A stretch of DNA of 63,990 nucleotides, counting the filler, from Aduncisulcus paluster (lineage: Eukaryota), in assembly GCA_024181965.1 (NCBI GenBank). It is 5 parts of 5 records of this genome, joined end to end, with 100 filler letters (N's around TTAATTAATTAA, not from the genome) between each part and the next. Parts side by side here need not be neighbours in the genome. Positions count along the whole stretch, not along the records: positions 1 to 12,570 come from BQXS01012656.1; positions 12,671 to 38,341 come from BQXS01012657.1; 3 more parts are not named here. One strand, 5' to 3'. Under the pieces are notes generated by a model. The model saw nothing but the letters and a program-made list of their open reading frames with translations, made no database searches and was not told the DNA's origin. Below, piece by piece: positions 9,375-21,600 of the stretch (position 1 is the first letter of the stretch; the number at the start of each line of letters is the position of its first letter). The position numbers and the translations under genes are program-made.

Positions 9375-11924
9375 TCACTCTGTGTCTTTCAGATCCATTT
9401 CACCCCTTTCTCCTTTGTACAGATCACGAGAATTTTCCGTTTTAGCGAAGTAGCTTGATTTGTTGCGAGCAAACCATTTGGTAGAGGCTCTGGCAATAGT
9501 CTCATCAACTGTGGGACAAATATATCCTTCGCCCATCTCTGGGAGGAGATCCTTGATTTTTTGCACTTCATCACAAGCTCTCTGAACATCCCAGCGTTCT
9601 TCATGATTCACCTTAGTGATATTATCACATACTGTACTCAAACAATCATAGACAGGTTTGTACCTCCCACTTTCGATATTGGCAAGCTTCTTGAAAAGCT
9701 CGATGTCTGAAACTTTTGGGTAGTACTCACGCATATGCAATTGGTGGAGCTTTTCAAAACACTGAGCAGTATCTCTAACGCCTACAAAAATATCATGAGT
9801 TGAAAAGGGGGGATCTTGTTTGAATAACATAATAATACTCATCCCAAGGGAATAGACATCACCCTTCTGATGAGGTGGAACAGCCGATTTACCCAAATAT
9901 TCTGGGGCGAAATAGTCAAGAGTTCCGCACATCTGCCCTGCTCCTTTCTGTGTATCTGTTTTCTCTGGAACTAATGGAATTGGACCGGAGACAGAAGACT
10001 CGGATGAAGAATTGGGACCAGAAAGGGAGAATGACTTGGATTTTGGAGGTGATGAAATTGCCTTCATAAGGTCGGATGTCTTGAGTTTCACCGGTTCAAG
10101 AGATTTAGAAACTTGGAAAGAACGAGAAGAGCTCGAGGAATCAATAACCTCTTGGAGCTGAGTCATCCCAAGGTCTGCAAGAACAGTACAGCACTTGTTG
10201 GTTTCAGGATCAACACGAACAAGAAAATTCTCTGGTTTAATGTCTCGATGAACAACCTTACATTTCTTAAATACATCAGCCAGACATTCAATCATATCCA
10301 CGGCAACAGAGCTGACTCTGACGGGGTCTAAAAATGAGGGGCCTATCTCGATATCAGTTTCGCTATCTTCAAAATCATTCTCATATTCACTATTTTCTAT
10401 AGTGGTTGACTCACTATCTTCATCCTTTTTATCAGGATCCTCTGAAAGGCGACACCATTTCTGCACAAAATCATTAATACAACCTCCACGGCAAAACTCC
10501 ATACAGAATCCGGCCGATCCATTGTAGCTTTCGTCCAACAAATCAAGCATGTACAATGGACGGGGAATTCTTTGAGGAACTTTGCGGAAAACTTTCCTTT
10601 GAAGCTTAAATTCTTTCCGAAATCCAAGCACACTGTCGTGATCACCTTGCTCCAACACCTGTTTGAGTATGCACGGATTATTATGAATTGGAGTGATTGT
10701 AAAATCATCAATTTCTTTGATGTTGATTAAAGAAACGACCCCGAAACCTCCTATCCCAAGAACACACAGAGGATCAATGAGAGAGCCATTCGTCAAAGTA
10801 TGGGTTCGTTTATCGCGTTGGTCAATTGATTTTCGTTTGATCTTTGGTGCACCCCGTTGAGGACCAATTGTCATCTTTCGTGGGGCAGATGTTGATGGAT
10901 CTCTTGTTATCTTTAGAAAGCTTCGAAGATACTTAACTATTTCAGGATGCTGTTGAGGACCAGAAGAAGAAAGAGGAGAATAACGCATGGAACTTGACAC
11001 CTCAAGAAAATCATCCTTATCATCAATGGAAGTGTCAATTGAGTTGTCACAAGACGAGCGAATATCTGAAGTCGATTCGACAAAAGCCGACTCATCGATG
11101 GAGGTTCTAATAGGTTCAACTTCAGTGATTTTTGGAGTGGGGTTAATTGATAACTGGGGATTAACAACATCTTTTGGATGGCTTGTTCTCGATTTTGAAA
11201 CAGAATGTGAACTTTTTTTTGATCGATGCCCTGAATGTGAATGGCGATGGGAATGATGTGTATGCGTTGAGGAAGGTGTGGAAGAATCTTTACGGGAATG
11301 ATGATCGTGCCTTGAACTAGTTGAAGAAGAAATTGAGGATCTTGATTGAGAATAACTGCAATGTGTACGCGATGGGGTATGACTTGAACAAGATGGCATA
11401 AAACATGTTTCTTGGGAGAGAATTCGAAGGCCAATCAATTCCACAACATTATCCGCACCCGTTGAGGAAGTACCTTGAATTATACATTTAACAACAGAAT
11501 CTCTCTCGATTTTCAACGAAAGCCATTCATATTCCCTGGTTGGAGGAGAAATAGAAAAAATAAATTCAACTTCATCTCCGGAAGCAGTAATGATAGTAAT
11601 ATTCAAGGTTTTCGGGGCTGTAGTTTTCTTTACACAAATCTGAACGTGGTCAACATGACTTTCTTCTTTAAATGGGAAATGGAGAGCCTTGAAACAGAGA
11701 GAAAACCGGTCGAGAAGGAATCCACAAATTGAATATGTATTAGGAGATGGCGACGAAGAATCTTCATCAAAAAGAGCCATTGTTTTGGGATAAATTTTAA
11801 TAATGTTAGGATTTACAATATGAATAGGTGGAGGATATTTGGGTGTATGTAAACTATCACAAGGTTCAGATCCTTCAGCAATGAAAGTGGCCGTTTTATG
11901 AATAATATTTGGTGTCCCAGTCAT
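9375..11924 (-). CDS. Ser/Thr protein kinase with N-terminal DOC/discoidin-like beta-sandwich repeat unit
   Basis: LGIGGFGVV, CILK, HRDIKPEN, DLG (for DFG), CGTLDYFAPE, DVYSLG. The N-terminal domain resembles the repeats of 52435-57147. Start is at 11924 or 12026. Confidence 0.88.
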   Translation of the reverse strand: MTGTPNIIHKTATFIAEGSEPCDSLHTPKYPPPIHIVNPNIIKIYPKTMALFDEDSSSPSPNTYSICGFLLDRFSLCFKALHFPFKEESHVDHVQICVKKTTAPKTLNITIITASGDEVEFIFSISPPTREYEWLSLKIERDSVVKCIIQGTSSTGADNVVELIGLRILSQETCFMPSCSSHTPSRTHCSYSQSRSSISSSTSSRHDHHSRKDSSTPSSTHTHHSHRHSHSGHRSKKSSHSVSKSRTSHPKDVVNPQLSINPTPKITEVEPIRTSIDESAFVESTSDIRSSCDNSIDTSIDDKDDFLEVSSSMRYSPLSSSGPQQHPEIVKYLRSFLKITRDPSTSAPRKMTIGPQRGAPKIKRKSIDQRDKRTHTLTNGSLIDPLCVLGIGGFGVVSLINIKEIDDFTITPIHNNPCILKQVLEQGDHDSVLGFRKEFKLQRKVFRKVPQRIPRPLYMLDLLDESYNGSAGFCMEFCRGGCINDFVQKWCRLSEDPDKKDEDSESTTIENSEYENDFEDSETDIEIGPSFLDPVRVSSVAVDMIECLADVFKKCKVVHRDIKPENFLVRVDPETNKCCTVLADLGMTQLQEVIDSSSSSRSFQVSKSLEPVKLKTSDLMKAISSPPKSKSFSLSGPNSSSESSVSGPIPLVPEKTDTQKGAGQMCGTLDYFAPEYLGKSAVPPHQKGDVYSLGMSIIMLFKQDPPFSTHDIFVGVRDTAQCFEKLHQLHMREYYPKVSDIELFKKLANIESGRYKPVYDCLSTVCDNITKVNHEERWDVQRACDEVQKIKDLLPEMGEGYICPTVDETIARASTKWFARNKSSYFAKTENSRDLYKGERGEMDLKDTE

Positions 11925-12277
11925 ACTAGTGGTTTTCAAAAGAATATTTAAAATGAATAAGGGGAGATTTTGTTCTTGATTCGAGCCAAAACCAAGACAA
12001 TTTTTAAAAATAATTTCTTCATGCATATTTGGCCAAATGGATTTTCTTTTTAGCCTATTGATGTAATATCTACACTATTTTTGGATATTATATTCTGCAG
12101 CTACGAGAATTGTACGTTCAGGAAAAATTTTCCTGGAAAATATATTATATTTTTCAAAATGAGAGATCGATAGTATCTCATTTTGCCGCGTTTTTGAAGA
12201 ACAAAAATGCTTTAAAATTCAACTGAGGACGATTGATTTATTACTAAAAAATAATTAATCCCTTGATATTTTAAATT

Positions 12278-12570
12278 TCAAATAAGCATGCTAATAGAGA
12301 CATCGAGAGAACGTTTGGCAACAGCACTCATAATACCATCACTCTCCTCCCTTAAATGTCTTTTTGGATCTCTTCCCACTAATCTTTCTCCACTTACAAT
12401 ATCTTTATCTTCTTCTTCCTCCTCGTTTTTCTTCTTTCTGGGAGTATCTTCATCATCTTCCTCCTCATCTTCCTCTTCTTCTTTCTGTTTTTTCATGGCT
12501 TCAACACTTTCAAAACCCCATCTTTGCCTCTCTTTCTCTTCTTTTTGCCTTATTTTCTCCCTTTCTTCCT
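12278..12570 (-). CDS. Charged C-terminal gene fragment, probably the 3' end of the giant membrane protein
   Basis: Frame is open from the spacer edge (EEREKIRQKEEKERQRWGFESVEAMKKQ...SMLI*). Same strand and E/K/R composition as the ORF that runs into the other side of the spacer. Confidence 0.5.
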
Positions 12571-12670
12571 NNNNNNNNNNNNNNNNNNNNNNNNNNNNNN
12601 NNNNNNNNNNNNNNTTAATTAATTAANNNNNNNNNNNNNNNNNNNNNNNNNNNNNNNNNNNNNNNNNNNN
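12571..12670. other. Assembly spacer N44-TTAATTAATTAA-N44
   Basis: Artificial six-frame stop linker; identical at four sites. Confidence 0.97.
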
Positions 12671-15600
12671 ACTGCCAGCAATCAGCTCATCTTTCCTTTT
12701 CCTCTCTTCCTCTTCAAGTCTTCTTTTGCGCTCTTCTTCTTTCTTCATTTGCTCAGATCGCTTACGAAGACTTTCCTCTTTCTTCTTCTTCCTCTCTTCA
12801 ACTTTACGACGAAGAATTTCTTTTTGTTGATCCTTTGTGCTGTCAAGAGTAGAATCAAGAAGTCTTCTCTTCTTCTCATATTCTAATAATAGACGTTTTC
12901 TCTCATCATCCGTTTTAGCTTCCTTTAGTTTCTCAATTAGTTGAGAATGATTGTGCTCATCTTGTTTTTGTCTTTCTTTTGTGGCCTTTACACTAAGCTG
13001 CAATTCAAGTTGGACGGCCTCTTCTTTCACTTTCTTCTCCAATAATTTCTTTTCTTGATCGAAAAGCTTATTATTGACTTTTTCAATCTCTTGTCGTTGC
13101 TTCGAGTGCATATTCTTTAATCTCGCATCACGCATTTCTTGCCTTCTCTTCCGCAGCAAGTCACGTTGGGCAGTCATTTCCTTCTCTAAATGCTCACGGA
13201 TCTCTCTTTCCTTTTTCTCGTGCATCGCCAAGAGTTGTTTGATATGGTTGGGGTTGGCTGTTAAAGCTGTGGTGAGAGCGCTTTGAAGACCATCAAGTTC
13301 TTGTTCGGCATCGTCGCGCAGACGTCTGGTAATGTCGTCTTCTTCTTGTGCTTCCTCTTCTTCCATCTTTGTCAACAAAAGTTGTTCCTCGAGCTTATGC
13401 TTCTCTTCAAGATCTTTCTTTTCACCCAAGGCTTTGTCGTAGTCATGTTGTTGTATTTTACGTTCCTTTCTGGCTTCGAGACGATTCTTAAGAAGATCCA
13501 GTTGTTCCTCTTCACGTCTTTGAATGTTTTCTTTCACTTCATCACGTTCTCTCTTCAACGTGGCAACGATAGAAGATCGTATCCTCCTTCCAAGCCCCTG
13601 TTTCTTAACAATTCCGGCAATGTCTTTATGCACATCGTTAAGTTTGGATAGTTCTGCATTGTTATCAGCTGTCACAGAAGCCTCAATGTTTTCAGTTTCT
13701 CGTTCCTGTTCCAATTCAAGGTCTTCTTGGAGTTTTTCTTTCTTTTCTTTCTCCGTGGCTTGTTGACGTTTCTCCTCCAAGTGTTGCCTTTTCCTCTGAG
13801 CGGCAAGAGCTTTCCTCTTCTTCCTTGCGTCTTGTAATTTCTCTAACAGATCTCTTTGTTTCTCCTCTTCTTCCCCAAGGTCTCCATCAAGAAGAGCCAA
13901 ACGACGAGCATGGTCAGATATGAGTTTCTCCCTTTCCTTGTGAGCTGTGGTTTCTCTCATCAAAGCCTTGTGTAGAGTTCTCTCCCTCTCTCTTGCTTTC
14001 TCTTTCTTCTCTCTCATCTCTTCTTCATCTTCTTGACGTTTTCTTTCTTCCTCAGCAACTAAATCTATCTTCAATAGGAAGTTATCATTTTCAGTTAGAG
14101 TTGCCTCCTCATCTCCGAGATCTTGGGATCCATCGTCGATAACTCCTTCTTTCTTCAGGAGCTGTGCGAGTTCATTCACAAGTTCCTGAGCACGAGATTG
14201 TAAAGTTTTACCTTTGGGTTTATCTTTCTCTACCTCTTCTTCCTCTCCGTCTCCCAATGGATGTGAATCATCGTCGCCTCTTCCATGAGTTTTCAAAAAT
14301 ACTTCCTCATCAATATAATCATTATTGGCACCTCTAATCTTTTCCCGACCACCAACTCTCTCTTTTCTCCCTCTCTTTTTTCCACTGGAAACCTGAGTGT
14401 TTGTAATTGAGAGATGGGCAGCTCTATTGATTGTAAGAGAATCAGCAACGTCGTCTTCAGCACGTTTGACGGCATCTGCAAGCTTTGATAGCTCTCCAAG
14501 AACAGAAGGCAATTTCAACGAATCCAGTAACATTTCCTCTTCTTCGTCGTAATGTTCATCGTCATCATTCTCCTCTCTTCCACCCAAAACCCCGAGAACT
14601 CCACGACAAGCAGAGTGTAAGTTCAAAGAGAGGCCAGCCATGGCTCTGTTGAGGTTGTCAACATTGTTCGTATGCATTCCAAGTGAACTAAATAGAGCGG
14701 AATACATTGATAACAAGGAAGGGTCAGAAGTGGTCGTCATCAGATCTTCACGACGTCTCATTTCACCTGTCAAATGTTCTTCGAGGCCGTCTTGTTTGTC
14801 AGTCAGATCAGTCAATAGCGAAGTAAAGTTATTTAAGAGAGCAGACAGCTCCTCTTCTTCCTTATTGAAGTCTTGAGGATTTAGTTTTTCACCAGATGCA
14901 CGTCTTTCTTTCCTTTTCCTTTTAATTTCCTCCAAACGTTTCAACCCATTCATGACATCGACTTGAACTCTCCTTACCTCGTCCAATCTTCTTTGCCTCT
15001 CCCTTTCCCATAACTTTCCTTTCCGCCTCTCCTTCATTCTCTCACGGACAAGATCTTGTTCATTACGATCATTTGAGCCATACCCGTAGAGCAGAGCAGG
15101 AGAACAATGGGACAGAGCAGAGGGATGGTGAAGAGACAAAGAACACTGGTGCAATTGGTGGGAACAAACACCATACAAACCAAGCCAATATGACAATTGG
15201 TTATGATGGCCACGCTGAACATACATGATAAAACGACTGAATTCTTTCTCAATGTCGAGATGAGACTTTCCAAACGCCTTCAACATTCCTGGAAGAACGC
15301 TCGATAGTTTAGCCTTGGATCCAGGGAATTTATCAATCCTTTGAGCTAAGTTCTCAGCAAGAGAAGCAATGTCCATGACAATCTCGACACATTCACACAC
15401 GTACTGAGCATATTGGGCATCATAGGCACTGCAAACACCGCCAGAAACGGGACTGCTGGACTGAGGAAGAGGGCGGAAGGACTCTCCGAATTCTTCAAGC
15501 TCTCTTGGAGTCACAGGAACTCGTTCGACGTGAAGATTCAACAGTCCAGGGATTGCAAAAGCCGATTCTCCCTGAGCGTGTGGTTGGAGACCTTCCTTGG

Positions 15601-18600
15601 TATTTTTACGAGAAGAGTGAGGAATTATGGAACATGTCGGTGGTACCTCAGAAATAGTAGTAACTATATCCCCTTCTCCAGTTTCTTGTGGTAGTTCAGT
15701 AGCCTTGAATTGATCTCTGTAGAACGGAGGATAGCAAGAAGACATGACTTGGTTCCTGTTGGTCCTTTGACCTACGTATCCGAACTCAATTCCTTGTGAA
15801 GCTATCTTCCTTGACCTTTTTTGAACAGATATTCTGGCACAAAAGTCTCCTCTTCCTTCTCCATCCGATGTAACACTCACTCCAACGCAAGGAAGGATAG
15901 CAGGACCTCTTCCCTCGTCATCATACATAAGTTGGGGAGGAGATGACATGAATTCAGAACGAGACATGTCTCCCCATATATCACCAGTCTTCCGATCAAT
16001 AACCATGGGTTGCAGAGGGAATACAGGGAGATACATAGAGGAGAATATATCCAAACATGTGGATGTAAGGGGATAAATGGTACCCGATGGAGCAATACAC
16101 AGTGAATGGATGGGGACTTCAGAAGGTTCGCCTGACATTGAAGTCTTGGAATCCTTATTCTTCTTCAATACAAGCCCTCTTCCTTCACAATTACGGGTCA
16201 ATTCGGCAAGAGAATTGAGAGGTGGGGGAGTCATGGAATGGGATGGAACGCAAGATAGAACAGCACCAAACTTCTTCTCACGCATCCTATTGCGCATCTT
16301 AAGTCTCTCTTCCTTCTTAGACAGACTCTCATCGCCGTCAACGTCTTCTTGCTGTTTCATCCACTTAATCTCCTCACTTTCTTTCTCTCTGACACCCTCA
16401 ACGATCCATCTCCACCTGTTCCGCCCACAGTCATAAACAACACACTCTCCAACATATCCCACTTTACACAGAACGGATGTGGATTCAGACTCATCCTCAG
16501 AGTCTTCAGCGCCATCAGAGGCATCACTGACCTTCTCGAGTCTTAATTTCTGGTATTTCAAGTTCCGAGGAATGATCACAAAGAAGTGGGCATTACTCGA
16601 ATCAATGCATGTATATGTTACAATAGGATTCTTAGCAATCCCCTCTTGGAGTTGATCTCCAGCGGGTGAAGACCACTTAATCCATGTTCCCACAGCTGGG
16701 TGCACAAGGCCACTGTCATCCATTCTTGTGAGAGATGTCAGTTGCTTTGGCTGTCCTTCCTTGTCATACACAAGAGCACCAACTTCTTGCTTGTTACGAC
16801 CACAGAGCACACCAATGGAGTTCATGGCTATCAAAGAAGCTGGGGAATCGAGGACATATGACTGACGGGTAGATGTTCCAGATGGACCTAAACCTTTGGG
16901 ATGGCGAGGAGGTAGAGGGAGATCCGTGGGGAGAAGATCATGAATTGGGGAAGAGGCGGCGAGAGAAGAACGGAATGAGGATCCCTTCTTGTGCAACCTT
17001 GAAAATCCCATTTCCAAATCGGATATATCTTTCTTGGCCTTATTGGAACCCTTCTTCTTTCCTCTCTTCCCCTTTCCTTTCTTCTTTGAATCTTTCTTGC
17101 CCTTTTTCTTCTTATCTTCTTCCTCTTCCTCAAATATCTCAATATCTTCCTCTTCTTCAATCTCTTCTTTCCAACGGCGAATACACCATCCACCTCCGCT
17201 TATACCTTCCAACTCACGGAGGATCTTCACGGCAGCAATGGAGGCCTCTTTCACACTCTCGATGGATGAATAGATAGCCTCTGTATTGATATCCTTCACT
17301 TGTTGCTCAGTGGATGCAATAAGACCCTCGACACGCTGTTGTAACAACGACAAACAACGGTCAACTTTACGTCCGATACGACTACGGATTGCAGCATGGC
17401 TTCCAAGCTGGTCTTTCANNNNNNNNNNNNNNNNNNNNTCCTCTTCTTCAATCTCTTCTTTCCAACGGCGAATACACCATCCACCTCCGCTTATACCTTC
17501 CAACTCACGGAGGATCTTCACGGCAGCAATGGAGGCCTCTTTCACACTCTCGATGGATGAATAGATAGCCTCTGTATTGATATCCTTCACTTGTTGCTCA
17601 GTGGATGCAATAAGACCCTCGACACGCTGTTGTAACAACGACAAACAACGGTCAACTTTACGTCCGATACGACTACGGATTGCAGCATGGCTTCCAAGCT
17701 GGTCTTTCATCAACCGCAAAGAATGAATGAACTGTTGGGCCAACCAAAGTCGAGTCACAGGGGTGTTGGGTTCTCCGTCCCTCTTATCCTCAGTGGTTTC
17801 AACCCCATCGTCAACCGTACCATCATCATCTTCATTGCTCGTCAGAAGGGCTTTCACATGGGACAAGATCTTCTTCTTTCTGCTGGGCTGTCTCTTTTTC
17901 TCCAAAGATGTGTCTTCGAGACGAGACTTCTTGGATTCCTTTTCTTTGGAACGAGAATGAGGCTTTCTACTGCTATCGGATCTCTCAGAATCAACGACAC
18001 TCTCCTCATCTTCTTCCTCGTTTTCCTCGTCCTCCTTCACCCCAACAATACGTTCCCCACACTCCATCACTTCCTTGAGTACTTGGGTGACAGTATCGTG
18101 AAGGGAATTTGTAGCAGTATTGAGACATTCACGTTCGGGCTGAGTTTCTTCCTTTTGTTTCTCAATGGTGGAAGAAATGGTATCCAATTGTCTTTGAACC
18201 ATATTAAAGAATCTCTGGACATTAAACCCGCCAAGATCAATGAGTTTCTCTCCATTCCTCCACAAATGGTGATGGTTGATCATAGACAGCGCTTCGGGGT
18301 ACGATAAAGAAATGTCAGACGTCCCTTTCCTTCTTGTTCTGTTTTCTCTATTGTAAGGAATCTGAAGAACCTCAAGGGATTGAATCATTCGTTCCCTTTC
18401 AATGTCATCGTCAGGGAGATCAAATCCAAGTCGCATATGATCGAGATTCTCAGCGACAAATCCTCCTTTGCTTGCGAATTGGCCCATATCAAGTTGCTTA
18501 ATCTGTTCTTGATGAGGGCGAGCATTGGAATCCCCAAGTTCAGTCGTTGAAGCCTTGGAGAAAATGGACATAGTAACAATCAGAGAAGCCACTGTGGCGA

Positions 18601-21600
18601 ATATGGAACAAAGAAGAATTCCAATAAGAAGCCACCAGGGCTGAAGAGGAAGAGAAACTCCCACAAGCTGAGCAAAGTTCAAAGACACAAGGTTCTCTTG
18701 TGTCACGGGTAGGATTGAATCAGTCGGACATGAGATTCCCGATGGAGCCACATGGATAAAAGTCTTGTTCTGCTCATTCTCACTCGAATAGAACACAATG
18801 TTCCCAGGGGTGTTGAATAGAATGGTATATGTGGTTGAGGAAAGACTCGTTTTCATGGAGTTCAGAAGTTCACGCAAGGAACCATAATCAAAATCAGAAT
18901 TATCGCTAAGTAAGGAAGCTCTATCATACACAGGATATACACCCTCACTGACATCAATAATTAGACCATCTCCTTCCTCAACACAGATGATAGGGTTAGA
19001 AATACCAGGTGAGGACAAATCCTTGGGCCTGATTGAAGGGTTATTGGTGTTGAAATGAGCATTAGAGTAATCAGGGATATTGTATTCACTCGTGACCACG
19101 AGAGAGTCACGGGTGGATGTGATAACAGTGTCAACAGCATAACCAGTGACCGTATAATGACCCAGCCATCCAGAACTATTCAGTGTAACAGGAGTTAAAG
19201 AACAATCTCCATCATCTTTCTCACATTTAACAGACCCAACAACTCCGTTCGATACAAGATTTGTGAAGGTATACTCATTTGTAATAGAGTTCAGAGTATC
19301 AGTGACAGTCAACTGACCATCAGCATTCACAGTGATCTCAGTGGTTTCNNNNNNNNNNNNNNNNNNNNAATAATTAGACCATCTCCTTCCTCAACACAGA
19401 TGATAGGGTTAGAAATACCAGGTGAGGACAAATCCTTGGGCCTGATTGAAGGGTTATTGGTGTTGAAATGAGCATTAGAGTAATCAGGGATATTGTATTC
19501 ACTCGTGACCACGAGAGAGTCACGGGTGGATGTGATAACAGTGTCAACAGCATCACCAGTGACCGTATAATGACCCAGCCATCCAGAACTATTCAGTGTA
19601 ACAGGAGTTAAAGAACAATCTCCATCATCTTTCTCACATTTAACAGACCCAACAACTCCGTTCGATACAAGATTTGTGAAGGTATACTCATTTGTAACAG
19701 AGTTCAGAGTATCAGTGACAGTCAACTGACCATCAGCATTCACAGTGATCTCAGTGGTTTCTTGTCTGCAAGATAAATCACACACACTAACTGGGGTATC
19801 AACAGTATTGCAGACACATAGACCAAATTGCAGGGAGAACGTACCACCACCAAGTCCAGAACATTCATCAGCACACACTTCCTCGACATCACCGGCCACA
19901 CATGAACCGGCGGCAGATCTACCGATTGTCGTCTTGCCTGATCCACATCTCTCGTAGACTGTGAGTCTACAATCGACAGAAGAATCGAGGTATGAAATAT
20001 CAACGCCATTCGTAGTGTACTCATATCCAGGCTCACAAACACAATGTCTATCTGAAGGCTGGAAGACCCTGTTCTTACCGTAACACAAACATGTACTACT
20101 TCCTTTCTCACTCCATGAGGATGATCCGCATCCAGAACACTCAGAACTGCCTTCTTCGGAAGAGAAAGTATTGGCAGGACATTCTATACAACCGTCGGAA
20201 GATGATAATCCCGTCAAATAGCCGTATGATCCAGCAGGACAGGGTACAATATTTGTTCCATCATCTGAAGCTTGACAATAGTATCCAGCGGGACAAATGT
20301 ACCCACCTTCTTCGTCTGACATTGGAGTTGACGTTGTGGCAGATCCAGTGCAAACATAACCATCGGTACATGGCTCGGGATCTGTATCGCCACCCTCAGA
20401 ACAGTAATATCCAGCGGGACAAGCAACACAGCTATCATCAAGGGAAGTGCGGAGATCACTAACATCATCACCTACAGATGTGTATCCGATTGGACAGGAG
20501 ATGGGGAATGTAGATCCCTCAGGGCAGAAGTATCCATCGTCACATTTAACAGGATCTGACGTACCACTTTCACAGTAATATCCGGCAGGACAATCGAGAC
20601 AATACAAAAGAGAGGCGATCTGACTAAGCTCATTGTATGTTCCAGCAGGACAAGGAGTAGGAATCTTACTTCCGAGAGGACAATATGAACCAGTCGGACA
20701 TATGTTCTCACTGTAATCGGACATGGCAACCTCATCACAATAATAACCAGCAGGACAGGCCTTACAATCAGCCTTGGTTGTACCTCCGCTGACATCATTA
20801 TAATGACCAGTGGGACAGGCTTCAATGGCATTATCTCCAACACAATAGTATCCCTTGTCACAGAGGGCTGGCTCATCACCAGTACAAGTATATCCAGGCT
20901 CACAAGGGAGACACTCAGCCTCAGTGGAAGCACCAAGACTAAAAGTCCACTTTCCAGTTGGACAGCGAGTTGTGGTCTTGGAACCCTCAGGACAGTAATA
21001 CCCAAGAGGACACTGTTCATTATTTGGAGGATCCGATGGAGTGGGCGAAGAAGCACCACCCCTACACACATATCCTGGGTTACAGAGATCGACAACGATA
21101 CTATTCATACAATAACTTCCAGAAGGACAGGAGATACACGAATCGGATGATATCATTCCTGTCTCAGTACTATATGATCCAGCTGGACATAAAAGTCCAT
21201 AGGTACTCTCAAGTGGACAATACAATCCCATGGGACAAGTTTGGGGTAATCTGTGTTCAACGCTGGGTTCTGAGTCGTTAAGGGTGGCTCCTCGAACTGT
21301 TCCAACACAATAGTTTCCTTCAGTACAAGTCTTACAAGTAGCCTGGCCAGTTTCATCCTGGTATGTAGCTGGTGCACATGGGAGAGGTTCAATAGATCCC
21401 TCGGCACATGAGTAATACATTGGGCAGACGTTTGAAGCAGGAGTAGCTGATGTGTGAGGGTCAAACATGGTGTAATATATTCCATCAGATCTGTACCCTT
21501 CGGCTTCCACACATGTTCCGGCATTGTCATCATACCCAGGTTTACACTCACATGTGCTAGCTGCAACACACCAACTGCCTGTATCACAAGTTGTTCCACA

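Noticed and set aside
12615..12626. Recurring TTAATTAATTAA as a biological motif
   Set aside because: Always centred in N44 flanks; an artificial six-frame stop linker.
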